DNA of 64,000 bases, taken from IMG/VR virus record IMGVR_UViG_3300020414_000008, positions 1 to 64,000 of that record; one strand, 5' to 3'. Below the pieces are notes generated by a model. The model made no database searches, had not been told where the DNA came from, and saw only the letters and a program-made list of their open reading frames with translations. This stretch comes from a virus (Duplodnaviria; Caudoviricetes). Below, in pieces: positions 45,107-55,208 of the stretch; positions within the stretch are counted from its first letter, which is position 1, and each line of letters opens with the position of its first letter. Made by a program: the position numbers and the translations under genes.

Positions 45107-45412
45107 ATGAAAAGATATAGTAAAATAGATATTATTAAAAAAGAAGGTCAAAGACGTTTTACTGAAACGGTAAGATACCCATTAATACCACCAAGTATTG
45201 GTGATACATATATTGTTGCTATGCAAGGTGATAGACTTGACAACCTTGCGTATGAATATTACAAAGACCCATCACTTTGGTGGATACTTGCAAGGGCTAA
45301 CAAAATTGGTTTAGGAACTTTAAATATAGAATCAGGAAAACAAATCAGAATTCCTGAAAATCCACAAACAATCATAGATGAATACAATCGTATAAATAAA
45401 AAACAGGAGTAA
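45107..45412 (+). CDS. LysM-type baseplate wedge protein (gp53/tail X-like)
   Basis: QGDRLDNLAYEYYKDPSLWWILARAN...G.QIRIP. Confidence 0.8.
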   Translation: MKRYSKIDIIKKEGQRRFTETVRYPLIPPSIGDTYIVAMQGDRLDNLAYEYYKDPSLWWILARANKIGLGTLNIESGKQIRIPENPQTIIDEYNRINKKQE

Positions 45413-45415
45413 GTT

Positions 45416-47218
45416 ATGGGATTAACGCTAGGAAACAGAGCACTACCATTACCTTCTGATTTTATGGAAACCCCTACCTCAAGAATAGGTAAAGGTGTTG
45501 GAGTTCACAAAAGAGCATACGCAAAACTAAGATATATTGGTCGAAGTAATAAAGAAGGATATGTTATAGGATGTCCAAATGACGCGGTAAAAACCATTGA
45601 AAGTAATGTTCAACAAACTCATTCTAATTTATTAAGTTCAGAAGGTGGTAGATTAACACCAAGACCTGTTTTAGAATCTGTATCTATGGCAAACGATGGT
45701 GGACAAGACCTTTCAGACGCAATGTTATTTGAACTAAGTGTAAGTTGTAAAGTATATAATAAAAATGATTTTGACGCGATAGACCAAACTTTCTTTACGC
45801 CAGGACATAGATGTGCAGTTGATATAGGATGGGTCGGTGGTGAAGCAGTTACTGTTAAAGGCGATATTTGTGGTTTTGACTTTTCAATCAATCAAGATTT
45901 ATCTTATGACGTTACCATAAAAATAGGTGGTATGACAGATGGTGTTAAAGGAGCAGACTTGATTTTTGGTAAAGGTATTTCTTTTGGTAGTCTTACCTAC
46001 ACAGACCCCGAAGATGATTCAAAAGAAATTACTCCAACAGATATAATAAGTGCATTAACAGCAGCATCTACTTTAAATAAGTCTCAAGCATTAGCAGGTA
46101 CAGCAAGACAGTATAAAAACAATATATTAAATTCTCAATTTGTTACAGTAAAACATATACAAGATGAAGGTGGTTGGTCAAACTTTTGGGGAACCAACAG
46201 AGAATCTATGGATTATATAAATCTTAAAAGTTTAGTTTCACTAATAAATAGAAATGTAAAAGACGGTAAAGTTTTTGGTGATAATCCATTTGAGTTCGAC
46301 ATACAATACGGTAAGAATAATAAAATGGACAAAAATATATTTTCGGCAGACCCGTATACGATGTTACTATCTCATAGTACAAGTGCACTTGAATATGGTC
46401 CAAAAGCAAAGTTAACAGGTGCACCACAGGGGTCAACACCTGAAAGTAACATATATTTGTCAATAGCGTATTTACAAACTCAATACGACCAACTGAAAAA
46501 CCCACCAACAATGGGTGAAGACGGTGGAGAAAATAAAGAAAAAGCAGTATCTACTGTGAAATACTTACAAACTATATTTAATAAAATAAAAGATTGTTCG
46601 GGTGGTTACATTCGTTTGTATTTTTATTCAGACCCCGACCAAGAGGGACAGTTAATTATTTGTAATAGAGGAAATAATGTAAGTAATAACTTCACTAAAA
46701 TATCTATGACGAATGGATTTGAAAAGGGTATTAGAGATGTTAACTTAACGTCTAATTTAGATTCAGATATGATTGGACTTGCTACCAACGCAGCAATGTC
46801 AGGAAAATATAGTAGTCAATTAGGAAAACTATATCCCGACTGTTACAGAAAACCCGATGATAGTCAAAAAAACGATACAGGTCCCTCTGCAGAGGAAAGA
46901 TTAGACGAAGCAAAAACGGGTCTTGGTGATAGAATTAGTGAAGACGATGTTACAACAGCAAAATCTGCATTAAAAACATATGTCATGGGATTAAATGAAA
47001 TTCCAACTTTAACATACAGTTTAGAAGCAACTGTAAAATTTGACGGATATGCAAGTCCTGATGGTGGTCCTAAGTATGGTGACGCATTTCAAATAGATAG
47101 ATTACCCGCAAGAATGAATACTTCTAATATATTCTTCGTAGTAACAAAGATAGCAAACGATTACAGTGCAGGTGATTGGACAACAACTGTAACAGGTTTA
47201 ATGATGGTAGGTAAATAA
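45416..47218 (+). CDS. Putative baseplate hub protein
   Basis: Synteny after the LysM gene; PG....DIGW, FDFSIN.D.SYDVT and F.VTKI......GDWTTTVTG motifs. Confidence 0.55.
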   Translation: MGLTLGNRALPLPSDFMETPTSRIGKGVGVHKRAYAKLRYIGRSNKEGYVIGCPNDAVKTIESNVQQTHSNLLSSEGGRLTPRPVLESVSMANDGGQDLSDAMLFELSVSCKVYNKNDFDAIDQTFFTPGHRCAVDIGWVGGEAVTVKGDICGFDFSINQDLSYDVTIKIGGMTDGVKGADLIFGKGISFGSLTYTDPEDDSKEITPTDIISALTAASTLNKSQALAGTARQYKNNILNSQFVTVKHIQDEGGWSNFWGTNRESMDYINLKSLVSLINRNVKDGKVFGDNPFEFDIQYGKNNKMDKNIFSADPYTMLLSHSTSALEYGPKAKLTGAPQGSTPESNIYLSIAYLQTQYDQLKNPPTMGEDGGENKEKAVSTVKYLQTIFNKIKDCSGGYIRLYFYSDPDQEGQLIICNRGNNVSNNFTKISMTNGFEKGIRDVNLTSNLDSDMIGLATNAAMSGKYSSQLGKLYPDCYRKPDDSQKNDTGPSAEERLDEAKTGLGDRISEDDVTTAKSALKTYVMGLNEIPTLTYSLEATVKFDGYASPDGGPKYGDAFQIDRLPARMNTSNIFFVVTKIANDYSAGDWTTTVTGLMMVGK

Positions 47219-47790
47219 TGGGAAGACAACGAATATATTATCCAAGAGGAGCACAGAGACAAGGTCTTTACACATCAGGTGGACAGTGGATGTCTGAAGA
47301 TGGTGCAGAGTGGGTTGGTCAATATCATATTTACACGAACACAGGTGAAGTATTCACAGAACCCGAATATGTAAAAGGTAAATCTGTAAAATTAATACCT
47401 TACGCAAATTTGGGTGAAGAAAATCAAAGAAGAACTTTTCAATATAACAAAATCAAAAAAATAGATGATTACGAACCTACTGTAACACTACCTGACCCAT
47501 ACTTTCCACAACCAACGGGGGAAGATTACGATACGGGATACGTTGTTAGATACTTTCTTCAAAAAAAGGGAAGTAGAGTTATATTCGAGGTTAGTAAAGA
47601 TGGATTTAGTTTTGAAGACCCTAATTACCATAAATGTGAATTAAAGTGGAAGATATCAGGTCCACTAAACGACTTAAACGGTATAAGTGGTATCATAGAC
47701 ACAAATCAGAGAACTGTACTCTTAAAAAGAAAAGAAATGCCTTTCATAGATTCTTATTTAACCGACCTTACTCAGTTGGCAAAAAATTAA
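47218..47790 (+). CDS. Hypothetical protein (baseplate region)
   Basis: LYTSGGQW, YFPQPT..DY..GYVVRYF, LKWKISG motifs; TAATG coupling. Confidence 0.65.
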   Translation: MGRQRIYYPRGAQRQGLYTSGGQWMSEDGAEWVGQYHIYTNTGEVFTEPEYVKGKSVKLIPYANLGEENQRRTFQYNKIKKIDDYEPTVTLPDPYFPQPTGEDYDTGYVVRYFLQKKGSRVIFEVSKDGFSFEDPNYHKCELKWKISGPLNDLNGISGIIDTNQRTVLLKRKEMPFIDSYLTDLTQLAKN

Positions 47791-47820
47791 CAAAATTTAA
47801 CATAAATTTAACATTAGAAA

Positions 47821-47852
47821 TTTGGATATCTCGGCAAATTGTCGTACTTTAG
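47821..47852 (+). promoter_or_regulatory. Bacteroidota-type housekeeping promoter
   Basis: TTTG (47821-47824), N20, TACTTTAG (47845-47852); preceded by three TTAACA direct repeats. Confidence 0.65.
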
Positions 47853-47871
47853 TAGTGTAAGATTAAGAGAT

Positions 47872-48090
47872 ATGATAAAATCAAAAGAAAACAAAAAAGT
47901 AGGAATCGAAATCGATTTAACAGGACCCGATGGTAATGCTTATGCAATCTTAGGTTTAGCTAAAAGATTATGTAGAGAATTTGATATTCCATTCAACCCA
48001 CTAATGAAAAAAATGACAAGTGGTGATTATGAGAATCTAATCAAAGTATTCGATGATAAGTTCGGTTCTTTTGTAACAATGTACAGATAA
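47872..48090 (+). CDS. Small early-type hypothetical protein
   Basis: IDLTGPDGNAYAILG...MTSGDYENLI. ATG 47872 preferred because the track start (47839) lies inside the promoter. Confidence 0.7.
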   Translation: MIKSKENKKVGIEIDLTGPDGNAYAILGLAKRLCREFDIPFNPLMKKMTSGDYENLIKVFDDKFGSFVTMYR

Positions 48091-48100
48091 AATAAAAATT

Positions 48101-48421
48101 ATGATTAAATACGGAATAAAAATTACAAAACCTTGGTCAAAAGAAATGTATGACCATAATGACTTAGTTTCAGATACGATGAAACATAACATTGTTGAGT
48201 CAATTGTTAAATACCAAAACGATTTTGATAAACTTAATGACCTGATGGTTCTTTGTGGTGGTATCAAGTACGGTGATGGTTATAGTATCGATGAACTTTA
48301 CGCAGATGTTCACGATGAAGTTTACAATGTTCAAAACTATTGGTTACATCAAGAGTATCCTTACTATGTTGAAAAAGGGTTAGTTGAAAAAGTTGATTTA
48401 GAATTTATAGGATATGAATAA
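48101..48421 (+). CDS. Hypothetical protein
   Basis: 106 aa ORF in the early cassette, A-rich SD-less start. Confidence 0.65.
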   Translation: MIKYGIKITKPWSKEMYDHNDLVSDTMKHNIVESIVKYQNDFDKLNDLMVLCGGIKYGDGYSIDELYADVHDEVYNVQNYWLHQEYPYYVEKGLVEKVDLEFIGYE

Positions 48422-48641
48422 AATAGGATTTGAAAAATTAGAAAAAATTAAAGACGAACTCGGAGATTTTGAAATCGGACAAGTGTGGGGTGGTGGAAAT
48501 CCACTCTACTTACGATTTGGATATTGGTTTCAAAAAGACGTGAATAAAATCCAAGAAATTATAGGTAATAGTGCAAAAGTGATTGAGAGTGAAATCTACG
48601 ATGATGATTGTGGATGGAAGTACTCTTATCATTTAACATAA
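48414..48641 (+). CDS. Hypothetical protein
   Basis: 75 aa ORF overlapping the previous stop. Confidence 0.6.
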   Translation: MNKIGFEKLEKIKDELGDFEIGQVWGGGNPLYLRFGYWFQKDVNKIQEIIGNSAKVIESEIYDDDCGWKYSYHLT

Positions 48642-48645
48642 TAAA

Positions 48646-48677
48646 TTTGGATAATTCATAAAAGTTTCGTATATTAG
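48646..48677 (+). promoter_or_regulatory. Bacteroidota-type housekeeping promoter
   Basis: TTTG-N20-TATATTAG just before the mini PolA gene. Confidence 0.65.
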
Positions 48678-48683
48678 TTACGC

Positions 48684-49907
48684 ATGAAGATTGTAGATAG
48701 TCCAAAACAGTTAAGGAAACATATATCCCAACTTAACAGGGAGAAAATACTCGTATACCCTATTTTAACGAGTTTAGAGAAACATTCTACCCTGTCAAGG
48801 ATATCTTCTATCATTTTATCAGATGGTGTCTTAGACCTCTTCATAAACTACAATAATATAGACTCAGACAATGTAAAGGAAAAAGTTGATTTTAGTCAAT
48901 TTAAAGAAGTATGGGTTGTTGGTCTAAAAGAATTCTTATATCATTATGATTTTTTACCAAATATGTACGATGTTGAAATGTCACTGTTTTGGCAAGACAA
49001 AGATTTCGAAGTAGAAGAGAAACGTATATATACTGTATTCAGACGAAGGAACGCACCGAGAGCAAATGACTTGATTCCTATATGGAAACATTATGAACAG
49101 TTCAAAGAGTGGAAGAAATTTTACGGTGATGTAAAAATTTCTAAATTCTCACAACTTTATCCAAAAGGATTACAATGGATAGAAAAGAATGGATTGTCAA
49201 CTGAATCAGGTTTAGAATATACTCAATACAATTCACTTACAACAACATCAAGACCTTCAAATACATTTGGTGGGATTAATTACGCAGCGTTGAAAAAAGA
49301 TGGTGGAGTAAGAGACCGATTTGTATCACGATTTGATGGGGGTAAACTATACCAACTTGACTTTGATGGATATCATATTAGGTTGATTGGAAAATTGATT
49401 GGAGTTGACATACCATTAGATGTGAAAGCACACAAATGGTTAGCAGACCAATATGGGGCAGATATCAAAGACGCAAAAGCAATCACATTTAGACAGTTGT
49501 ATGGTGGGGTTGAAGATGAGTATTATCATATTCCGTTCTTTCAAAAGACATCTGAGTATATAAACTCACTATGGATGGACTTTTTAAGGAATCGACTCAC
49601 AAATACACCAATTATGAGTCGATTAATTAAAATAAACGACTCACTAAATAAAAATAAACTATTTAATTATATCCTACAGTCGGTTGAGACAGAAAGAAAC
49701 ATACTTATATTAGATAAACTGAGTAGACTTGATATGGGTCAAAAAACAATACCTATATTATACACATACGATTCTATTCTATTCGATGGTCATGAGGATG
49801 ATATTGAATATATCAAAGAAGTTAAACGAATAATGGAGAAAGACGGGTTTCCAACTGAGGTTGAATCAGGAAATAATTACGGAAACATGGTTACTACAAA
49901 TATTTAG
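48684..49907 (+). CDS. Minimal family A DNA polymerase-like protein
   Basis: TTTSRPSN, motif A QLDFDGYHIRL, motif B KAITFRQLYG, NYILQS, motif C YTYDSILFD; only 407 aa. Confidence 0.8.
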   Translation: MKIVDSPKQLRKHISQLNREKILVYPILTSLEKHSTLSRISSIILSDGVLDLFINYNNIDSDNVKEKVDFSQFKEVWVVGLKEFLYHYDFLPNMYDVEMSLFWQDKDFEVEEKRIYTVFRRRNAPRANDLIPIWKHYEQFKEWKKFYGDVKISKFSQLYPKGLQWIEKNGLSTESGLEYTQYNSLTTTSRPSNTFGGINYAALKKDGGVRDRFVSRFDGGKLYQLDFDGYHIRLIGKLIGVDIPLDVKAHKWLADQYGADIKDAKAITFRQLYGGVEDEYYHIPFFQKTSEYINSLWMDFLRNRLTNTPIMSRLIKINDSLNKNKLFNYILQSVETERNILILDKLSRLDMGQKTIPILYTYDSILFDGHEDDIEYIKEVKRIMEKDGFPTEVESGNNYGNMVTTNI

Positions 49908-49919
49908 ATATTTATTGTT

Positions 49920-51947
49920 ATGAGAAACACCCATTCTAAATTCATAGATAAAATATTAAAAGAAATTTGGTCAGATATAGATACAAAAATGAACGATGGT
50001 ATCTATACCGAAGAGTTTCTTACGTCATTATACAACAAACTATCAGAATATGTTGATGAAGAATTTGCGAGAGAGTTCTTACGAGAGATTGAAACTACAT
50101 CAGGTGAAGAAAAACCTGAAACAGGTGATGAGAAAGAACTTGATAGTGACGAAAAGTATGATATGATGACTCAAGCAGAGAGAGATAAACTTAAACAATC
50201 AAAAGAAACAGATGATGAATTAGCCAAATCAACAAACGAAGGGTTTATCAATGAAGCAGGGTTTACATACACTGAACTAACAAAATCAGGTGGTAAATAT
50301 CAACCACCATTTTTAGCACATATACAGAATGGAAAAGAATTTGATTTAGATGGTGACTATGAAGGTGAAAAAGATGTCTTAGTAAAAAACAATTTAGATT
50401 TAACAGGATTTGGTGATAAATCGTTATTACAAATACTAAGTGGTGGGACTAAAGAAGAGGCGAAAGAATTTTTCAAATCAAACTCAGAACCGATACTTGT
50501 TGGTAAAAGTGGTAGAAAGTATTCTTTAAATCAGATATCAAAATCTACATTTACAGGTCAAGGTGGTGGAACTAAACCAACTGACGCCGCATATTATGAA
50601 ATGGGTATTTCGGTAGAGTACAATAAACTAAAAGGAATGAACACAAAAACTGCAAAAGAAAAAGCAGAAGTTGATTTCAAAAAATATAGTAAATACGAAA
50701 GTTATTTAACAGAAGTTTGTGGTAAAGTTGCAAAAAACTTACCTGATGTTGGACCATATCTAAGACAAACAGGTGGTGATAGATTTTCTCCATCTAAAGA
50801 ATGGCCTTCATCTGATGGAACTCCAAAAACAGATATATTTGGTGGGTCAAACAACAGAATCAGTGTAAAGAAAGTTGGTGGTTCACAATTAGTAAGTGGT
50901 AAAGGTGGTGACGCCAAAGGTGTATTTAAAGGTGGTTTGTCTTTCTATGACAAATATGATTCAAAAGATGGTCAGTCACATATAAAGTATGTAATTGATA
51001 ATATAGAAAAAGATTTTAAAACATACAACTCAGATAATCAAGTTGGTGATATCAGAAAACAAGCAGGTGAGGCATTTGTAAAGTGGAGAGTTTCACAAAT
51101 AAAATCAAAAGCAAAACCATCTGATATAGAAAAACACGCAAAAGCAGAAGCGATTGGTGCAGGTATTATTGGAGCAAGAGGTAAATGGAATACATGGTTC
51201 GTTGATGATGTAAAACCATTGGATGACAAAGCAGTACTAAAATGGTTTAGTGGATATTGGAAATCATTGGGTAATGAAGTATTACAAGGTGAGATGAAGA
51301 ATGTAATCGAGATGGCAATTGACCATAAAAGAATTGACGCAAACTTCAAACAAGCATTCCAAAATGATAGTTTCAAAAAATGGTGTGTATATGAAGCATC
51401 TGCAGGAACATATAAATTTACAGGTGTCGCGGATACAGCAGCATCAAATGACGCAGTCGCAAATAAAATATTAGTATTCGGTGAGGATGGTAAAGTAAAA
51501 GTCAAAGAAATAACACCATCATGGGCGAGCGGGTACGCATCAAATGTTACTCCTATCGTAGCATTCAAATCTTCAGGTCGTTCTAAATTTACGGCGTTTA
51601 GATTAATGCAAGAAGGATATAATCCTTACAAATCAGGATTTGAAAATGATTTGAATACAATCATAAAAGAAGAAACAGGTAAAATAGACACCTTAATAAC
51701 TGAATCAGTAGAACAAATGGATTTACTCCTAAATGAAATCAGTGTAAAGGGTATTTTAAAAAGTATTGGTAGAATAGCAAAAAAATTATTGAAAAAGATA
51801 ACAGACTCTATCAAAAACTTTTATGAAAGAGTTATTAAGAAAGTTTTAAAGAAGTTGAGAGAGTTTGCAAAATCAGGTATCGAAAAATTCTGTGATTATT
51901 TAGGAATAGAGATTAACGGGTCAGCAAATGTAGTAATCAACTTTTAA
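49920..51947 (+). CDS. Large hypothetical protein, possible PD-(D/E)XK-like nuclease domain
   Basis: YYEMGI...PKTDI...RISVKK pattern; acidic N-terminus and amphipathic C-terminal helix. Confidence 0.5.
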   Translation: MRNTHSKFIDKILKEIWSDIDTKMNDGIYTEEFLTSLYNKLSEYVDEEFAREFLREIETTSGEEKPETGDEKELDSDEKYDMMTQAERDKLKQSKETDDELAKSTNEGFINEAGFTYTELTKSGGKYQPPFLAHIQNGKEFDLDGDYEGEKDVLVKNNLDLTGFGDKSLLQILSGGTKEEAKEFFKSNSEPILVGKSGRKYSLNQISKSTFTGQGGGTKPTDAAYYEMGISVEYNKLKGMNTKTAKEKAEVDFKKYSKYESYLTEVCGKVAKNLPDVGPYLRQTGGDRFSPSKEWPSSDGTPKTDIFGGSNNRISVKKVGGSQLVSGKGGDAKGVFKGGLSFYDKYDSKDGQSHIKYVIDNIEKDFKTYNSDNQVGDIRKQAGEAFVKWRVSQIKSKAKPSDIEKHAKAEAIGAGIIGARGKWNTWFVDDVKPLDDKAVLKWFSGYWKSLGNEVLQGEMKNVIEMAIDHKRIDANFKQAFQNDSFKKWCVYEASAGTYKFTGVADTAASNDAVANKILVFGEDGKVKVKEITPSWASGYASNVTPIVAFKSSGRSKFTAFRLMQEGYNPYKSGFENDLNTIIKEETGKIDTLITESVEQMDLLLNEISVKGILKSIGRIAKKLLKKITDSIKNFYERVIKKVLKKLREFAKSGIEKFCDYLGIEINGSANVVINF

Positions 51948-51960
51948 TTGGAGAGAATGA

Positions 51961-52350
51961 GTGAGAACGCAATTATTATGTACATTTACTAATGAATTTG
52001 AGTTTGAGAACATTCTTGAATCAGTTAATAATTCATTTGAACTATACAGTAGAAAAATATTTATATTAAAATTAAGTCCATCAAAAGAATTAGTTGTGAG
52101 TTACAATATTATACCAAATCCAAACAACAAGTTTTTACCTAATACGATATTAACCCATCGTAAAAAGGAATCAAACACGTTGTACACGATAAACGCACTA
52201 AACAGGTTGATTGCAGACTTGAACGGTGGTGTTGTCGATAAAAGTTATATGGTAAATTGGGAAGATTATAGAAACTCTATGATTTTAACAGACGCAGATG
52301 GATATAAAATATTAAAGACAAGTTTATTTAGAATAGTTAACGTAAACTAA
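51961..52350 (+). CDS. Conserved phage hypothetical protein
   Basis: GTG start with GGAG upstream; LLCTF, HRKKESNTLYTINALN motifs. Confidence 0.7.
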   Translation: MRTQLLCTFTNEFEFENILESVNNSFELYSRKIFILKLSPSKELVVSYNIIPNPNNKFLPNTILTHRKKESNTLYTINALNRLIADLNGGVVDKSYMVNWEDYRNSMILTDADGYKILKTSLFRIVNVN

Positions 52351-52356
52351 CAAGTT

Positions 52357-53178
52357 ATGAATGAAAATTCTGAGAATGTAGAGTGGAAACACGTCTACAC
52401 TATTAAGGAAATGACCCCTATTCAGGGATTAGAAAAAGGTCTAACTAACTTCACACCAAGACCCGTTGGTGGAAGAGGTAGTGATTTCAACGACCCAAAA
52501 TTAGTAAATCCAAAAAAATATAGTTTAAGATACAACCCACCAAAAGATTGGCAGGGTATTAAGTACAACAATCATTGGTTTGGTTTAGTTCACTTATTAG
52601 AACAAACCCATCATCATTTCAATATACAAGATTTTTTCCAAAAAGGAGCAGGTCCATATGAATACCAACGGAAATTACCAAGACGTAGAAGAGCATTAGA
52701 AATAGGTTCATATATGGGTGAATCAGCAAGAATGATGATGGCATCGGGTATATTTGATGAATTACATATTATTGACCCATGGATTGGTGATGAAGAAGCA
52801 AATACGGCGTTTGATGAAACTTGGGATAGTGTAAAACACAAGTGTAAACAGAACATCTCACAATTCGGTGATAAAATTTTTATATACGAAGGATTTAGTC
52901 ATGAGGTATATGGTCAATTTATCGATAACAGTTTTGATTTTGTTTACATAGACGCAGCACATGATTATGAATCTGTTAAAAAAGATATAATACTATATAA
53001 TCGTAAATTAAAACACGGTGGAATTATGGCAGGTAACGATTACTACAACACTTCAGGTCATCACAAAGGAGTTGGTAAGGCAGTAGATGAGATGTGGGGT
53101 AAAAAAAATGTAGAGAGGTTCATAGACAGTAGTTGGTGGACTGTAAAACCAAGACTAAAACACACCACTCCAAAATAG
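52357..53178 (+). CDS. Class I SAM-dependent methyltransferase (Methyltransf_24-like)
   Basis: LEIGSYMGES, IDPW, DFVYIDAAHDYESV..DI, GGIMAGNDY. Confidence 0.85.
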   Translation: MNENSENVEWKHVYTIKEMTPIQGLEKGLTNFTPRPVGGRGSDFNDPKLVNPKKYSLRYNPPKDWQGIKYNNHWFGLVHLLEQTHHHFNIQDFFQKGAGPYEYQRKLPRRRRALEIGSYMGESARMMMASGIFDELHIIDPWIGDEEANTAFDETWDSVKHKCKQNISQFGDKIFIYEGFSHEVYGQFIDNSFDFVYIDAAHDYESVKKDIILYNRKLKHGGIMAGNDYYNTSGHHKGVGKAVDEMWGKKNVERFIDSSWWTVKPRLKHTTPK

Positions 53179-53245
53179 GTTTTTTAATTATATTTTGCTA
53201 TTTATATAAGTAGAATTGAAAGATTTAAAAAAAAATGAAAAAACA

Positions 53246-53277
53246 TTTGGAATTGTCAACCAAATGTTGTATATTAG
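53246..53277 (+). promoter_or_regulatory. Bacteroidota-type housekeeping promoter
   Basis: TTTG-N20-TATATTAG upstream of the SSB/replication operon. Confidence 0.65.
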
Positions 53278-53316
53278 TGACAGTTTAACAATTAATAATA
53301 AATAAAAAGGTAAATT

Positions 53317-54078
53317 ATGGCAATTGATTTAGATGCAATTAGAAACCGTTTGAACTCGCTTCAAACAAAAGTTACAAAAACCGATAATCTGTGGAAACCA
53401 CAGCCAGGTAAACAACAAGTAAGGATTCTCCCTTACGTTCACAATCCCTCTAACCCGTTCATTGAACTTTATTTCCATTTTGGATTTGGTGGTAAGAACA
53501 TTATCTCTCCAAGTTCACATGGTGAAGCAGACCCTCTATTAGAGTTTGCAGAAAAACTAAGGTCAACAGGGAACAGAGACGACTATCAACTTTCAAGAAA
53601 ACTTACTCCAAAGATGAGAACTTACGTTCCTGTCTTAGTAAGAGGTGAGGAATCAGAAGGTGTTAAGTTTTGGGGATTCGGTAAGAATGTATACCAAGAA
53701 CTTCTTGGATTCTTCGCTGACCCTGATTATGGTGATTTAACTGACCCTGTAAATGGTAGAGATATCACTGTTGAATTCAAAACAGCAGCAGAGTTAGGAA
53801 AAACTTATCCTGAAACTTACATCAGAGTAAAACCTAATACAACTCCTATCTCAGAAGATAAGAATGTATTAGAAACTGCTAAAGACCAAATTGAACTTCC
53901 TTCATTATTCAAAAAAGTTTCTTATGAGGAAATGGAAGGAATGTTGAAAGAATGGTTAGATACAGGTGAAGTTACTGATAAGAAACAAGAACCTAAAGTA
54001 GAAGTTACTGAGAAAACTGAAGCAACCTCTCCTGCGAGTAATGTAAAAGAGGCATTTGACGACTTATTTAACGACTAA
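53317..54078 (+). CDS. Single-stranded DNA-binding protein (gp32-like)
   Basis: WKPQPG...VRILP, YFH, FWGFGK, DLTDPVNGRD, acidic FDDLFND tail. Confidence 0.8.
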   Translation: MAIDLDAIRNRLNSLQTKVTKTDNLWKPQPGKQQVRILPYVHNPSNPFIELYFHFGFGGKNIISPSSHGEADPLLEFAEKLRSTGNRDDYQLSRKLTPKMRTYVPVLVRGEESEGVKFWGFGKNVYQELLGFFADPDYGDLTDPVNGRDITVEFKTAAELGKTYPETYIRVKPNTTPISEDKNVLETAKDQIELPSLFKKVSYEEMEGMLKEWLDTGEVTDKKQEPKVEVTEKTEATSPASNVKEAFDDLFND

Positions 54079-54080
54079 AT

Positions 54081-55208
54081 ATGGCAAAGAAAAAGAATGT
54101 TCGTGATGAACTATCTTCAATCTTGGCTGACAACCTGAACAAAAAGTTTAAATCCAACCACAAAGTTGCATACTTTTTAGATGGGGATGAACAGACACCC
54201 ACCGACCTTGACGGGTGGGTGTCCTCAGGTTCTCCGATGTTAGACCTTGCGATTTCAAACAGACCAAATGGTGGATTACCTGTTGGTAGAATTACTGAAA
54301 TTACAGGATTAGAAGGAAGTGGTAAATCTTTATTAGCAGCACATGCAATAGCAGACACTCAAAAACAAGGTGGTCTTGGTGTTTACATAGATACTGAGAA
54401 CGCATGTAATATGGAGTTTTTAGAAGCGATTGGTGTTGATATTAAAACGATGTTATACGTCCCTCTTGAAACAGTTGAAGATATTTTCGAAGCCATTGAT
54501 TCTATTATAGAGTCGGTGAGGTCTTCAGACAAAAAGAAATTAGTTACGATAGTTGTAGATTCAGTCGCAGGGGCGTCAACTAAAGTAGAAATCTCAGCAG
54601 ACTATGACCAAGCAGGTTACGCAACTCAAAAAGCAATCATTATATCGAAAGCAATGAGGAAGGTAACTAACTTGATTGGTAGAGAGAGAATTTCTTTAAT
54701 TTTTACAAACCAACTAAGAACAAGATTAGGTGTTTCATTCGGTGACCCTTGGACTACAAGTGGTGGTAAAGCAATCGCATTCCACTCGTCTTGTAGAATT
54801 AGGTTAAAATCAATGGGACAACTTAAATCTAAAATAGGTGGAGTAGACCAAGTAGTTGGTATCAAAACAAGAGCACAAGTGATAAAGAACAGAATGGGTC
54901 CACCATTACGTTCAGTTGATTTTGATATCTACTTTGATAGTGGTATCGACAATTATGGTTCATGGTTACAAATGATGAAAACATATAAGTTGGTAACTCA
55001 AAGTGGTGCGTGGTATACCTATGTAGATAAAGAAACAGGTGAGGAACTAAAGTTCCAAGCAAAAACTTGGGATGACTTATTAGATAGTAGACCTGAGTTG
55101 AAAGATAGTATCTACAATGAAATTTGTAATTCATATATTATGGCTTACAAAGAATCGAGTGCAGAAGCAAATATTGATAACGTTGAAGTAACAAGTTTTG
55201 ATGAATAA
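54081..55208 (+). CDS. recA: RecA/UvsX recombinase
   Basis: GRITEITGLEGSGKS, YIDTE, IVVDSVA, FTNQLR, TSGGKAI.F. Confidence 0.93.
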   Translation: MAKKKNVRDELSSILADNLNKKFKSNHKVAYFLDGDEQTPTDLDGWVSSGSPMLDLAISNRPNGGLPVGRITEITGLEGSGKSLLAAHAIADTQKQGGLGVYIDTENACNMEFLEAIGVDIKTMLYVPLETVEDIFEAIDSIIESVRSSDKKKLVTIVVDSVAGASTKVEISADYDQAGYATQKAIIISKAMRKVTNLIGRERISLIFTNQLRTRLGVSFGDPWTTSGGKAIAFHSSCRIRLKSMGQLKSKIGGVDQVVGIKTRAQVIKNRMGPPLRSVDFDIYFDSGIDNYGSWLQMMKTYKLVTQSGAWYTYVDKETGEELKFQAKTWDDLLDSRPELKDSIYNEICNSYIMAYKESSAEANIDNVEVTSFDE

